Origin: a virus
Lineage: Duplodnaviria; Caudoviricetes
Direction: 5' to 3' (one strand)
Virus record (IMG/VR): IMGVR_UViG_3300044614_002230
Location: 1,705 to 65,704 of that record
DNA length: 64,000 bases
Below the pieces are notes generated by a model. That model was not told where the DNA came from, did no database searches, and worked only from the letters and a program-made list of their open reading frames with translations. Below are positions 8,659 to 17,746 of this stretch, piece after piece; within the stretch, counting starts at the first letter, position 1; each line of letters opens with the position of its first letter. A program made the translations under genes and the position numbers.

Positions 8659-9090
8659 TTACTCTTCTTCTTCATCAAAGGAATTGAGCAATTCCTCTAC
8701 TAATGCATCAATCTCTTCGTCAGAAATAATGTCTTCTTCATCCGAGTCGGTATTTTCTTCTTCGTCTAATAGTTCATCGATGAGAGCTCTTGCTTCTTCA
8801 AGGGTCATTTCTTCTGTATCTTCATCGAATTCCTCGTCATCCTCTTCCGGCATGTAATCTTCTACATTAAATGGCCTTTTTAGATCTTCTTCTGGCCCTT
8901 TACCGCTTGGGTATTTCCAAAGCCCAACGTGGGCAGCCCATGGCGAACCGGTTGAAATTACCTCTGTGGGCAACCCTGTATTCTGGTCAATATCGTGATC
9001 GGCAGGATTCACTAACGACTGACCGTAAGCAGCTCTAAAAGCTTCAAGAGCTTCGGCACTCCAGTCACCACCGATTCTGTTTGTTCCCAT
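8659..9090 (-). CDS. Hypothetical protein with shared leader and very acidic C-terminus
   Basis: GDWSAEALEAFRAAYGQ leader; D/E-rich tail; late promoter upstream. Confidence 0.7.
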   Translation of the reverse strand: MGTNRIGGDWSAEALEAFRAAYGQSLVNPADHDIDQNTGLPTEVISTGSPWAAHVGLWKYPSGKGPEEDLKRPFNVEDYMPEEDDEEFDEDTEEMTLEEARALIDELLDEEENTDSDEEDIISDEEIDALVEELLNSFDEEEE

Positions 9091-9112
9091 AGTTTTAGTG
9101 TGAGTTGCTAAA

Positions 9113-9120
9113 TTTTACCC
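9113..9120 (-). promoter_or_regulatory. Putative late promoter GGGTAAAA
   Basis: Upstream of ATG 9090. Confidence 0.7.
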
Positions 9121-9124
9121 GATA

Positions 9125-9493
9125 TTACCGAGGTTTGATCTCACCTGTAATATCCTGAGAAAGGCGAGAATTTCCCATTAATTGCTCTTTGTACTTTTTG
9201 ATTTCGGTTTGAACTTCGGCCCGCAATTTGCCTGATTCAATCATCTCTTTCTTTTTCTCGTTACGGGTTTTTGGACGATTACTTTCCACCACTCTTCCTT
9301 TATCATCAAATTCATGACCCTTTGGTGCCTGAGGTTTAACCGGCTCAGGGTGACATTCTTCACACAACCTGTCGAGAAGAGTGTCGAATTTGTCTTTTAA
9401 CCTTTTTCTACATACCGTGTTGACTGCCAAGGTCATAGGACCACAAGGAAGTTTATGTTCTTTAATAAGGTTAGAGGCTTTTGAATTTGACAT
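9125..9493 (-). CDS. Hypothetical protein
   Basis: Fits minus-strand operon packing. Confidence 0.65.
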   Translation of the reverse strand: MSNSKASNLIKEHKLPCGPMTLAVNTVCRKRLKDKFDTLLDRLCEECHPEPVKPQAPKGHEFDDKGRVVESNRPKTRNEKKKEMIESGKLRAEVQTEIKKYKEQLMGNSRLSQDITGEIKPR

Positions 9494-9499
9494 AATTAG

Positions 9500-9832
9500 T
9501 TAGGCTGATTTGCGAGGAGTTAACCACCCTTCATTGTGTTTATCGTAATGAACTCCTGCTTTTTTCTCCTTTCTAGGGTTGGAGTCTTTTTTGTTTTCTT
9601 CCCTCATAGAAGAGATCATTGTGTCTCTCATGGCTCGAAGGGTTTCACGAGGCACGGAACAATGGGGACTGTCTCTATAACTTCGGTACCAGAATGCCAC
9701 TTCGGAAGGGTCGTCAGCCTGTAGGCAAAGGTTCCAAATGCCAAGAGCCTGAGAATCGGATAAAGTTCCAGGAGGAAGTCGAGATTCAATTTCATGGCGC
9801 TCAGGGCGAGCGAATCGAGTGTCTTTGCGCAT
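9500..9832 (-). CDS. Hypothetical protein
   Basis: Fits operon packing, directly downstream of HNH-like gene. Confidence 0.65.
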   Translation of the reverse strand: MRKDTRFARPERHEIESRLPPGTLSDSQALGIWNLCLQADDPSEVAFWYRSYRDSPHCSVPRETLRAMRDTMISSMREENKKDSNPRKEKKAGVHYDKHNEGWLTPRKSA

Positions 9833-9840
9833 TAGCTTAC

Positions 9841-11529
9841 CTATAGATCCATGAGCTCTTGAAACACTTCCTCTCTGACAGTTCGCACGATAGCACGAAC
9901 TTGTTTGGTTTTCTCTCCTTTGACGCGAACAAAAGGCAAACCAGTTTCTGCGTCCACATCACCGGGGGCGGGTTTAACTTGCTTGCTGATAAGTTCTTTA
10001 GCTCTTGTAGTACCTGAGTTTAAAATCTCTCTTGCTTTTGCTAAAGATTGTTTATCACCTCTTTCATATAAAACTGCCATTTTCTCAATCATACTTGTAG
10101 TCAGTTGTTCTGACCCTGCAACGTCCTTACCGAACCAATACCACCGCTTATCCCCTCGGCCATGACTCTGAATACCACCTCCAATGGTTTCAGCACTCGC
10201 TCCTAAGTTAAATGTGATAATTTTCGTCAATAATTTTTCACGTAATTGTTTGTCCTCCACTGCGGCAGCCTGTTGTCCTAGCAAGCGAATTTGATCAGCT
10301 GTTTTGGCTCTAGAAGCTCGACTTTCTACATCTTTTTTAAACAAAATTTGATCCATTTTTTTATCGAAGTTCTCTTGAACTTTTTGCTTGCTTTCTGTGG
10401 TTAATTTATTATCTTTATCAAATTGGTAACCGCCTTCTTTCTCCCGAGTTTTCCACCATGTATCGTAGGGAGTGCTGGCTCTGCCAACATTGGACCCTGT
10501 TCGGAAGAATGAGTAATTCCTGCCTTGTTCTGCCGCTTTACCTGCCACTTCTGCTGGAATGTTGTGCTCTAAATCCATCCAAGTGATGGGCAATCTAACC
10601 CCCGAAGCGAAATCTCTACCATCTTCAGAAAGAAACACTGCGGCCAACACCCTAGCCCTGGCGTTTTTCTGATCCGCGGTTTGTTTGCCCAGGGGGCCAT
10701 AAGATTCAGGTAAGGCATTGGTGCTCACATCTTTGCCAAATTTGCCCCCAATTGGGGACTTATCCAGAGCACCTGCTTTTTCCAAGTATTTGCGCTCACT
10801 GTCTGGCATCAGCGATAAAAACATAGAAACTTGAGCTTCCGAAGGTTCTCCACGGGTTCTCCTTGCAGCTGCTAATGGTTCTAATTTTTCAGATAACTGT
10901 TGGGGGGTAAAAGGTTTGCCGGCATCTTTAGCTGCTTGAACTTCCTCCTGCAACTTCGTGTACGCGTTAAGTTGAGCCAAACGCTTTTGTGTACCTTCAA
11001 CTTCTGCCACAGATGCTGGAATAGATTTCTCCCTTTCTGTGAAAGAAGCGGACACTGCCAACTCTAATGTTTTATTTAATGTTTGTTGATAAGATTTTTC
11101 ATCTAACACGCCATTTACTGTGTGTTCCTTCTTCAGGGCCTCAATGGAGGCATTTAGCTCCTTAACCCTTTTCTTTAGAGTGGAGGATTTTAAATCAACA
11201 TCATCTTCTTGATCATCTTCATCTTCATCTTCATCCTCAGAGCTTCCCGAGCTTTTTGTTTTAACTAATTTGGAGAAATACCCAGAAGTCTGCTCCTCAG
11301 TTAGAACACCTTCTTTTTCTAACCCCCTTAGCATTTGTCGCAAAGAATTGAGCGACGAATTTACAGGGTCTGCAGCGTCAATTAAACAGTCATCATCAAA
11401 GTAAATACAAGTGGCTCCACAAGATTTACCTTTTTTGCAACCCTTGGCTCCGCCTGCAGCGAAAGAGAAAACCGCTGGCATTCGAGTAGATAGAGGTTCA
11501 ATTGTATGAGAATTACGCCAGCGGTACAT
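9841..11529 (-). CDS. Cys-module protein with putative HNH-like nuclease domain
   Basis: FSFAAGGAKGCKKGKSCGATCIYFDDDC near N-terminus; EDGRDFASGVRLP..MDLEHNIP...RNY......SNVGR resembles the HNH beta-beta-alpha motif. Confidence 0.6.
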   Translation of the reverse strand: MYRWRNSHTIEPLSTRMPAVFSFAAGGAKGCKKGKSCGATCIYFDDDCLIDAADPVNSSLNSLRQMLRGLEKEGVLTEEQTSGYFSKLVKTKSSGSSEDEDEDEDDQEDDVDLKSSTLKKRVKELNASIEALKKEHTVNGVLDEKSYQQTLNKTLELAVSASFTEREKSIPASVAEVEGTQKRLAQLNAYTKLQEEVQAAKDAGKPFTPQQLSEKLEPLAAARRTRGEPSEAQVSMFLSLMPDSERKYLEKAGALDKSPIGGKFGKDVSTNALPESYGPLGKQTADQKNARARVLAAVFLSEDGRDFASGVRLPITWMDLEHNIPAEVAGKAAEQGRNYSFFRTGSNVGRASTPYDTWWKTREKEGGYQFDKDNKLTTESKQKVQENFDKKMDQILFKKDVESRASRAKTADQIRLLGQQAAAVEDKQLREKLLTKIITFNLGASAETIGGGIQSHGRGDKRWYWFGKDVAGSEQLTTSMIEKMAVLYERGDKQSLAKAREILNSGTTRAKELISKQVKPAPGDVDAETGLPFVRVKGEKTKQVRAIVRTVREEVFQELMDL

Positions 11530-11531
11530 AG

Positions 11532-12254
11532 TCAGTCTTCGTATCTGTCTAAAATGTGTGCGATTACAGAGTTACGCACGATGTCTTCTTTTTCGAATTT
11601 AACAATCCCAACCTCTGTTAGGTTGCTTAAACGGTGAATGGCGTCAACCAGACCATTATCACGACGGAAAACTTCAAGATCTGTCTGTTTGGTGTCTCCA
11701 ATAAGGCAAATTTTTGAATCTTTGCCGACCCGGCTGAGGCAAGTTTTGATATGACTCGGCAAAAAGTTCTGAGCCTCGTCAACGATGATAAATGCTTCGT
11801 TCAATGAGCGTCCACGAATATCCTCGAGGAGCACAGGTTCAATAATTTTTTTATTTAAAAGGTATTCTGCAGCACCTTGCGAACGCATGATGCAGGGTAG
11901 GTTGTCGAGCACGGGAGCGATCAACGGAGCAATCTTTTCCGATAGATCGCCAGGTAAAGCACCTCGTCCCCTTTGAAACTCTACTCCAACGTCGCTACGA
12001 ACATAGTACACTTTATCATAGTCGCCAGAGGCGACTCCATAAAGTCCGTAGTGAAGAGCAATTAGAGTTTTGCCGGTACCGGCACAGCCATGAGCCAGAG
12101 TGACTGTGTTTCTTTTGAAACAATCCCAAAGTTCTTCTTGACGCCAAGTTAGAAACTTCGGGGTCTGAACATCCATACCTTTATGGTATGTTTGTTCTAG
12201 CATTTGCACAGCCTCGGCTCGACGAGTTTTACGCTTTTCCTTTGAAGATAACAT
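11532..12254 (-). CDS. phoH: PhoH-like ATPase (start probably 12254; ORF open to 12359)
   Basis: GCAGTGKT, GALPGDLSEK, IRGRSL, DEAQN, GDTKQTD, DIVRN. Confidence 0.95.
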   Translation of the reverse strand: MLSSKEKRKTRRAEAVQMLEQTYHKGMDVQTPKFLTWRQEELWDCFKRNTVTLAHGCAGTGKTLIALHYGLYGVASGDYDKVYYVRSDVGVEFQRGRGALPGDLSEKIAPLIAPVLDNLPCIMRSQGAAEYLLNKKIIEPVLLEDIRGRSLNEAFIIVDEAQNFLPSHIKTCLSRVGKDSKICLIGDTKQTDLEVFRRDNGLVDAIHRLSNLTEVGIVKFEKEDIVRNSVIAHILDRYED

Positions 12255-12383
12255 ACGTGAGATGGTGATAGCAACGGTGGGTACTTGAAAAACATACGCT
12301 TTGTGCCTAAAAAACTTTACACTAACACCACCTCCTTGAGAAATATAGTGGGATTGCATTGGAGGGCTGCAACCGACCCAAAG

Positions 12384-12391
12384 TTTTACCC
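12384..12391 (-). promoter_or_regulatory. Putative late promoter GGGTAAAA
   Basis: Upstream of phoH. Confidence 0.7.
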
Positions 12392-12400
12392 TTTAAGAGG

Positions 12401-12601
12401 TCACTCGTGCCACCGTTCAACAAAATCATCGAAGCCACCAGCTCCACCGCAAGGACGCGAATACCGGTTTTCTGGGATATTGTATTGGCTGGCCTTTGCT
12501 TTTTTCAAATACAAGTCAGCTATTGGCGAAGTGGCCAATACTACTGTGCCGTGCTCGGCACGCATAATTTCTTGATTATAGTCTGTAGGATGAATAGCCA
12601 T
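12401..12601 (-). CDS. Hypothetical protein
   Basis: 66-aa minus-strand ORF between terL and phoH promoter. Confidence 0.55.
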   Translation of the reverse strand: MAIHPTDYNQEIMRAEHGTVVLATSPIADLYLKKAKASQYNIPENRYSRPCGGAGGFDDFVERWHE

Positions 12602-12648
12602 AGCAATCTGTTGTAAACAACAGAACTTTTAGGGAGGTTGCTATCTCC

Positions 12649-14388
12649 TTAGTCGTAGCTTAAATGCCCTCTTCTGCCTCTTGAACCTCTTTCAAAGAAA
12701 GAAGGAACTCTTCTATGGTCCTCAGTGTCTCCGTAAGAGTAATCAGGGTCATTTACCATTGTATCCCCGGAGAACAATTTATGCCGGGGTTTGTGCAACT
12801 CTTGTATCACATTTCCATCTGAAATAGCGTCTCGAGTTAATTGCCCTTTGAATCTCTTGTTTTGAATAATATGGTCTTGAAGCCCCCTGTCTATAGCGTC
12901 TAATTTTAACGTGTAATAGGTTAATGTCCAAGAAAAAGCATCAGTGCTATCGTCATGTTTAGTGAAAGGAAAAGTTGTTAATTCTTTGACGAAAGCATCC
13001 GTCCATAGCCCTCTAACTATTTTAACGCGGCTGTTTTCAAGTAAAGGGCAAACCGCTTGTAAACGGGTTGTTTTAGATTTAAGTGGCCTCATTTCTTCCA
13101 CAGGTATGCGAGCCTCTCTCTTCAAAACCTGAATCAAAGATTGACCTGATGCAGCTTTTTCAATGCATAATACCTTGGCATTATAAAAAGCATACGCCTG
13201 TTTAACCGCTTCCACCATATCTGGGAACCCCCAGCGACCTTTGATAATATCTCGTATATATACGGTACTAGGGTCAGTCAGACTTATTGAGCCCACGCAT
13301 ATGGCAGTTTCGTCGGAAAATTGCTGTTCACTAAAGGCACAGTCTACGCCGAACCATGTTACGTCAAACTCTGGACAATCTTCCTCTTCCACGATTTCGA
13401 TCCAACCGTTTTTCACGATTTGACCTTCGGCTGCTACAGGCATCCCTTGGTACAGGGCGGCAAAAGCGAAAGAACCCATGGTCTTTTTCTGCGACAAGAG
13501 CATGTCAACAGTGAATGAAGAGTTCGTTGGCCAGTGAGATTCTCCCATCTGGCGTTCCAACGGGTCATTAACCGGATCTTCACAAATACCCGCAATGTTC
13601 ACCCAACGCCAGCCCATGGGGTTTTCTTCTTCATCGTAAAAACCATCTTTCTCCATCAAAACTCCATGCAAGTCTCTTTCATGGAATCGTGTGGCAATCA
13701 CAAGCTGGCACCAATTATTTGTCCTTCGGGTGGAAGCTTCCTCTCCCCACCAGTTTTCCAGGGTCTCAAGGGCAGCTTTTGAGTCGGAGGACTTCAAAGG
13801 GTCGTCAATAACCATGCTACCTACTCCCGGGCTTTCAGGGTTCGTAGTTCCAGCAGTGAATCCTGTCAAAACTCCACCTACAGAAGTTGGAAGGATGTAG
13901 CCTCCCCCCAACATGTCGTATTTTGAATCCGGTGCAAAACCTTTCCACTCTGGAAAAATTTTCTTAAATACAGGGGTTTTGAGCATAGCAATACATTCCC
14001 GGTGGAATTTACCAGACAATTGCTGGCCGTATGATGCCATGATGTGCTGAGTCTGCTGATCCCTACCGAGAAGCCATGCCACAAACATTGTGGCAAGCAT
14101 AGACTTGCCGGAACGAGGAGGGCACGAAACAATCAACCTTCGGTATCTGCCTGTGGCTAGATCTTCAAAAGCTGAACCAATAATTTCGTGAAATCCGACC
14201 ACTTTCAGAGACCCTTCCTTCATCAAATCCGCAAAGGCTAGAAAACAATCTCTAGCTGCTTGGTGCTTGTAGGCGTTGATAACGGACTTAGGGGCTTCGA
14301 GTAATTCTAACTCTTTTAAACCTCTCTGATAAATTCTCCAAGAGGAGTGCTCTTCTAATTGGCTTGCCTTGAGAATTAATGGCCTCAT
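12649..14388 (-). CDS. terL: Terminase large subunit
   Basis: PPRSGKS Walker A, IDDP Walker B, ALYQG.P, GVDCA, IEKAASG, FPFTKHDDSTDA nuclease motifs. Confidence 0.97.
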   Translation of the reverse strand: MRPLILKASQLEEHSSWRIYQRGLKELELLEAPKSVINAYKHQAARDCFLAFADLMKEGSLKVVGFHEIIGSAFEDLATGRYRRLIVSCPPRSGKSMLATMFVAWLLGRDQQTQHIMASYGQQLSGKFHRECIAMLKTPVFKKIFPEWKGFAPDSKYDMLGGGYILPTSVGGVLTGFTAGTTNPESPGVGSMVIDDPLKSSDSKAALETLENWWGEEASTRRTNNWCQLVIATRFHERDLHGVLMEKDGFYDEEENPMGWRWVNIAGICEDPVNDPLERQMGESHWPTNSSFTVDMLLSQKKTMGSFAFAALYQGMPVAAEGQIVKNGWIEIVEEEDCPEFDVTWFGVDCAFSEQQFSDETAICVGSISLTDPSTVYIRDIIKGRWGFPDMVEAVKQAYAFYNAKVLCIEKAASGQSLIQVLKREARIPVEEMRPLKSKTTRLQAVCPLLENSRVKIVRGLWTDAFVKELTTFPFTKHDDSTDAFSWTLTYYTLKLDAIDRGLQDHIIQNKRFKGQLTRDAISDGNVIQELHKPRHKLFSGDTMVNDPDYSYGDTEDHRRVPSFFERGSRGRRGHLSYD

Positions 14389-14389
14389 A

Positions 14390-14668
14390 TTACCCGTCTT
14401 TAAGTTTTTGGAGGAGTTCTTCTACTTTGCCTCCATATTCTTTCGCAAGCTCTTTTTCTGACTTGCTCTCGGTTTCGGTCAACGCAACAATGTCAGAAAC
14501 AATTTCCCTATGGGTTTTAACAGCGGAATTAAAAATTGAAACCAAATCTCTTGTTGAGCACTCAGAAAGTTGGTCTTGGATGTAACCAAGCGCCTCATTC
14601 GCTACTTTGAGCGCCTCAAAGGCCAAAAATTCTTTTTGGGATAAAATTTCTTCGTGTTTTCGAGTCAT
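14390..14668 (-). CDS. Small helical protein, candidate terminase small subunit
   Basis: Immediately upstream of terL; position only. Confidence 0.45.
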   Translation of the reverse strand: MTRKHEEILSQKEFLAFEALKVANEALGYIQDQLSECSTRDLVSIFNSAVKTHREIVSDIVALTETESKSEKELAKEYGGKVEELLQKLKDG

Positions 14669-14826
14669 GGGAATCTTTTTCTACAAGAGGAGCAACCTCC
14701 CCGGTTACTGGAATAGGGTGTGGAGGAGTACGAGTGTATCTCAGATAAAATCTGGTGGGCTAATTGTTCATTACCTTGAGCCATAGCGTCATGGTACAAT
14801 TTCCACAATTGAGCTGGTGAAGTCAT
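14665..14826 (-). CDS. Small hypothetical protein with C-terminal CSSC
   Basis: ATG at 14826 right after upstream stop; ATGA overlap downstream. Confidence 0.55.
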   Translation of the reverse strand: MTSPAQLWKLYHDAMAQGNEQLAHQILSEIHSYSSTPYSSNRGGCSSCRKRFP

Positions 14827-14828
14827 GA

Positions 14829-16046
14829 TCAACACGGAGGGGGAGGAGCTTGTTGCCCCGTACAAAGTTGACAACCCAGTTTCCACAAGGAATTCAGAGA
14901 AGCAAGTTCGAAATTTTCTTCCTTGATCCAACCTTTACCTTGGGAAGAGTTGCTCACGTAGTAAAATCGACCTTTTTCTGTTTGTGTAAACACCGAAGTG
15001 TTTACGCCAATTAAGGAACCAGAGTCTAAGTAAAGTTGGGCCCCATTAGGGTTCAAAGGGTCGGTGAACAAGTATACGGGGAACCCGCGAGCTACAGCAA
15101 ATTCCCCGGTGTTCATACCTTGGAACCAGGTTGAATCTTTGCTGGCCAAGGCACTAATTTCACCGTTACTACCAACTAAATCTTTCCAAAGTTCCACTGC
15201 ATAACGAGCTAGCTTTCTGCCACTATTGCAGAAAAACATTTCTTTAATTGGCTCGTTAGTTTTCTGATCGAAAACTGTAACAACTAAACGTCCATCCTCA
15301 GTATAGTTATTGTTGCTCAGTAAGTAAATGGGTTGATTTAACGGGTCTTTGATAAAAATTGTCTCAGGGTCACAAACAAACACCCAGTCCCCGCTTTGAG
15401 TGAGTTCATCGCTCCAACGAATACCATCACAAAGACTGTAATCTTCTGTAGGCAATTTATCGCCAAAATACCAAGGTAAGTAAATGCTACCTGAGGCATC
15501 GTCTAGAACGCCACCTAGAGGTAACTTTGTTTCCACATTTAGACCGGGGAACAATTGCCTGCAGTCTCCCCTCTGAACGCAAGGGTCAAGAGCAACATAT
15601 GGTAACTGTTCTTCGATTGTAACAACGTAAACTTGAGTGTATGTATATTGAGACTGATCTGTTAAACCAGTGAATGATTCACTTTGGCAAGTGAACGGTT
15701 CTATGACATCCACGTAAGCACCAGATGGTACAGCACCGTTTAGAGTTATGAACGCTCCTGCAAGCAACTGAGTGGCAAAATCATGTCCACTTGTCGTCAA
15801 GTAATTCAGACACGACATATTTAGTTCGAACGTCATCTGACGCTCAAACACCATGGGAATTCTATTTTTTACATTGTTTGTGGAACCGGTGTAACGAACG
15901 ACAATATTATTTGTCTGCTGAATGACACCTTCATTCTCGATAACATCAGCCAGGCGTAACACATTTACGCCAAGAGGGATAAGAGGACTAGCAACCAGCG
16001 CATCGCACATGAATTGCTCAATTCTCTGTATAGTTGAGAGTTCCAA
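14829..16046 (-). CDS. Putative tail completion/terminator-like structural protein
   Basis: N-terminal IEQFMCDAL...VVRYTGS...FELN...YTQVY pattern reminiscent of Mu gp37-like proteins; late promoter. Confidence 0.5.
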   Translation of the reverse strand: MELSTIQRIEQFMCDALVASPLIPLGVNVLRLADVIENEGVIQQTNNIVVRYTGSTNNVKNRIPMVFERQMTFELNMSCLNYLTTSGHDFATQLLAGAFITLNGAVPSGAYVDVIEPFTCQSESFTGLTDQSQYTYTQVYVVTIEEQLPYVALDPCVQRGDCRQLFPGLNVETKLPLGGVLDDASGSIYLPWYFGDKLPTEDYSLCDGIRWSDELTQSGDWVFVCDPETIFIKDPLNQPIYLLSNNNYTEDGRLVVTVFDQKTNEPIKEMFFCNSGRKLARYAVELWKDLVGSNGEISALASKDSTWFQGMNTGEFAVARGFPVYLFTDPLNPNGAQLYLDSGSLIGVNTSVFTQTEKGRFYYVSNSSQGKGWIKEENFELASLNSLWKLGCQLCTGQQAPPPPC

Positions 16047-16070
16047 GTTACACCTCCTCTCTGTAAGTAG

Positions 16071-16078
16071 TTTTACCC
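16071..16078 (-). promoter_or_regulatory. Putative late promoter GGGTAAAA
   Basis: Upstream of ATG 16046 / terminase operon. Confidence 0.7.
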
Positions 16079-16082
16079 GGGA

Positions 16083-17738
16083 TTACCAGGATGTTAGAGC
16101 TGCTCGTTTCCAGGTGTTGGCGGCGACGCAAACATAAACGTACTGATCGTCCCAGCAAATACGTCCCGTCTCGCCGGGGGAAGTGGCGGCAAGTGGAGTG
16201 AACTTTTTCGTAATCAGGGAATCGCCAGTGACTTTGGACGCGCCAAACTGAGAGAAACCGGTGATTGTTGTATTCTCACCAGCCAACGTAGCATTCGAAG
16301 ACGAAGGGAATGCCAGAAATTTTACACACTCGGTAAACAAAACTTTGCCGGGATCTGTAGTCTTAACGCTAATGATTTGATCGGAACCCATGTCGCAAGC
16401 GTAGAAACCCACAGCCACCGTAACGGTGTCCTCAATAGTTAATCCGCCACCAAAAGTGCAGTCCTCAAACTCAATGAAGCCCTCAGTATTGTTACGAAGA
16501 ATAACAGGACCGTTAAAGGTTACGTTGTCAAATGAGTGCCGTCCTTGAGAACCATCAATAATCATTCCTCCTTCGACAACTAGGTCCGTTAGACGCACGC
16601 GAGTGCTCGTACCTCCGATCAGGACTTTACGGGCGTTCGTTTTATTGCCGACAAAAGCAATCGCACACCCATCAGGGCAGTGAGGACCGACGATGTTCAA
16701 ACCGGTGGCACCGTTGATTACCAGGTCTTCCCCACCGTAGGCACCAGTCGCCACGTAAATGGTGTTATAAAGCCCAGCGGCGTCGACTGCTGCTTGGATG
16801 TCTTTGACCGTGGAGTTAACATAAAACGTGTTGCTAACTTCGGTCACGTCGCTCATCGCCTTCCAAACGTTCGCGCTGCCGTCAAAGCTTAAATAGTCGC
16901 CCGCTTGCGCTGCTACCGTCGGCGCTACTACCGCTGCGTCCGCCGTTTTTTGTGCATTGACCGCTGCTGTGTTCGCAGCGTCTGCTGCCGTTTCTGCTAC
17001 TTGTGCTTGAGTTTTGGCAGCGTTGGCCATTGTTACGGCGCTGTTCGCTGCGCTTTGTGCCTGATTAGCGTCGTTAATTGCCGTGTCTGCCAGGCTTTTG
17101 GCTCCCGTGGCTTCTGCTTTAGCCTGATCGGCCACAGTTTGAGCATCTGCAGCAGACTGGCTTGCCGAATCGGCTTCGGCTTTAGCTTGTTCCGCTAAGG
17201 TTTGGGCGGCAGTGGCGCTCTCGTTAGCCAAATTTGCTGAACCTTGGGCCTCACCTGCTAGTACAAAAGCCTGGTCTGCTTGCTCACCAGCTTTTACTGC
17301 ATTCTCTTCAGTCTTTTTAACTAGGCCAACCGTTTCGTCGATGGCACCTTGAACGTCTTTAGCAGTTAATTTAGATGTTTCCGGATCGTAATCTACGTCT
17401 TTAGCTGCTACATGCCCACCAGGTTCTACTGAACCCCATACAGGGTGATCTTTGTCCCCATCCCACATTAAAACTTGTTTATCGAACGGTTTATCACCGT
17501 AACGCTGGGGATTGGCGAGGTAAGAAGGGTCTAGCCCTGCTTGTGAGAGAGGAAAAGCAAACCACCCTTGACCAGGAACTCCCGGGGTTGTCGTACCGTC
17601 GAATAGTTTATTCGTGTCACTACCGTCACCAGTGTAAAGAATCTGGTCGGCTAAGTTTATAAAAATTTGTCCAGGTTGTAGAGAGGGGGGCTGTAGACCA
17701 GGGGTCAGTGTACGGTAGTTCTGAATAGGAAGGCTCAT
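16083..17738 (-). CDS. Tail fibre/spike: Ala-rich coiled-coil stalk, beta-helix domain
   Basis: Heptad Ala-rich segment; DIQAAVDAA..NTIYVATGAY beta-helix start; C-terminal GETGRICWDDQYVYVCVAANTWKRAAL. Confidence 0.8.
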   Translation of the reverse strand: MSLPIQNYRTLTPGLQPPSLQPGQIFINLADQILYTGDGSDTNKLFDGTTTPGVPGQGWFAFPLSQAGLDPSYLANPQRYGDKPFDKQVLMWDGDKDHPVWGSVEPGGHVAAKDVDYDPETSKLTAKDVQGAIDETVGLVKKTEENAVKAGEQADQAFVLAGEAQGSANLANESATAAQTLAEQAKAEADSASQSAADAQTVADQAKAEATGAKSLADTAINDANQAQSAANSAVTMANAAKTQAQVAETAADAANTAAVNAQKTADAAVVAPTVAAQAGDYLSFDGSANVWKAMSDVTEVSNTFYVNSTVKDIQAAVDAAGLYNTIYVATGAYGGEDLVINGATGLNIVGPHCPDGCAIAFVGNKTNARKVLIGGTSTRVRLTDLVVEGGMIIDGSQGRHSFDNVTFNGPVILRNNTEGFIEFEDCTFGGGLTIEDTVTVAVGFYACDMGSDQIISVKTTDPGKVLFTECVKFLAFPSSSNATLAGENTTITGFSQFGASKVTGDSLITKKFTPLAATSPGETGRICWDDQYVYVCVAANTWKRAALTSW

Positions 17739-17746
17739 GGTAATAC

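Noticed and set aside
16900-17300. Repetitive GCx-rich DNA that might be a tandem repeat or array
   Set aside because: Explained by the Ala-rich heptad coiled coil of the fibre protein; no exact repeat unit.
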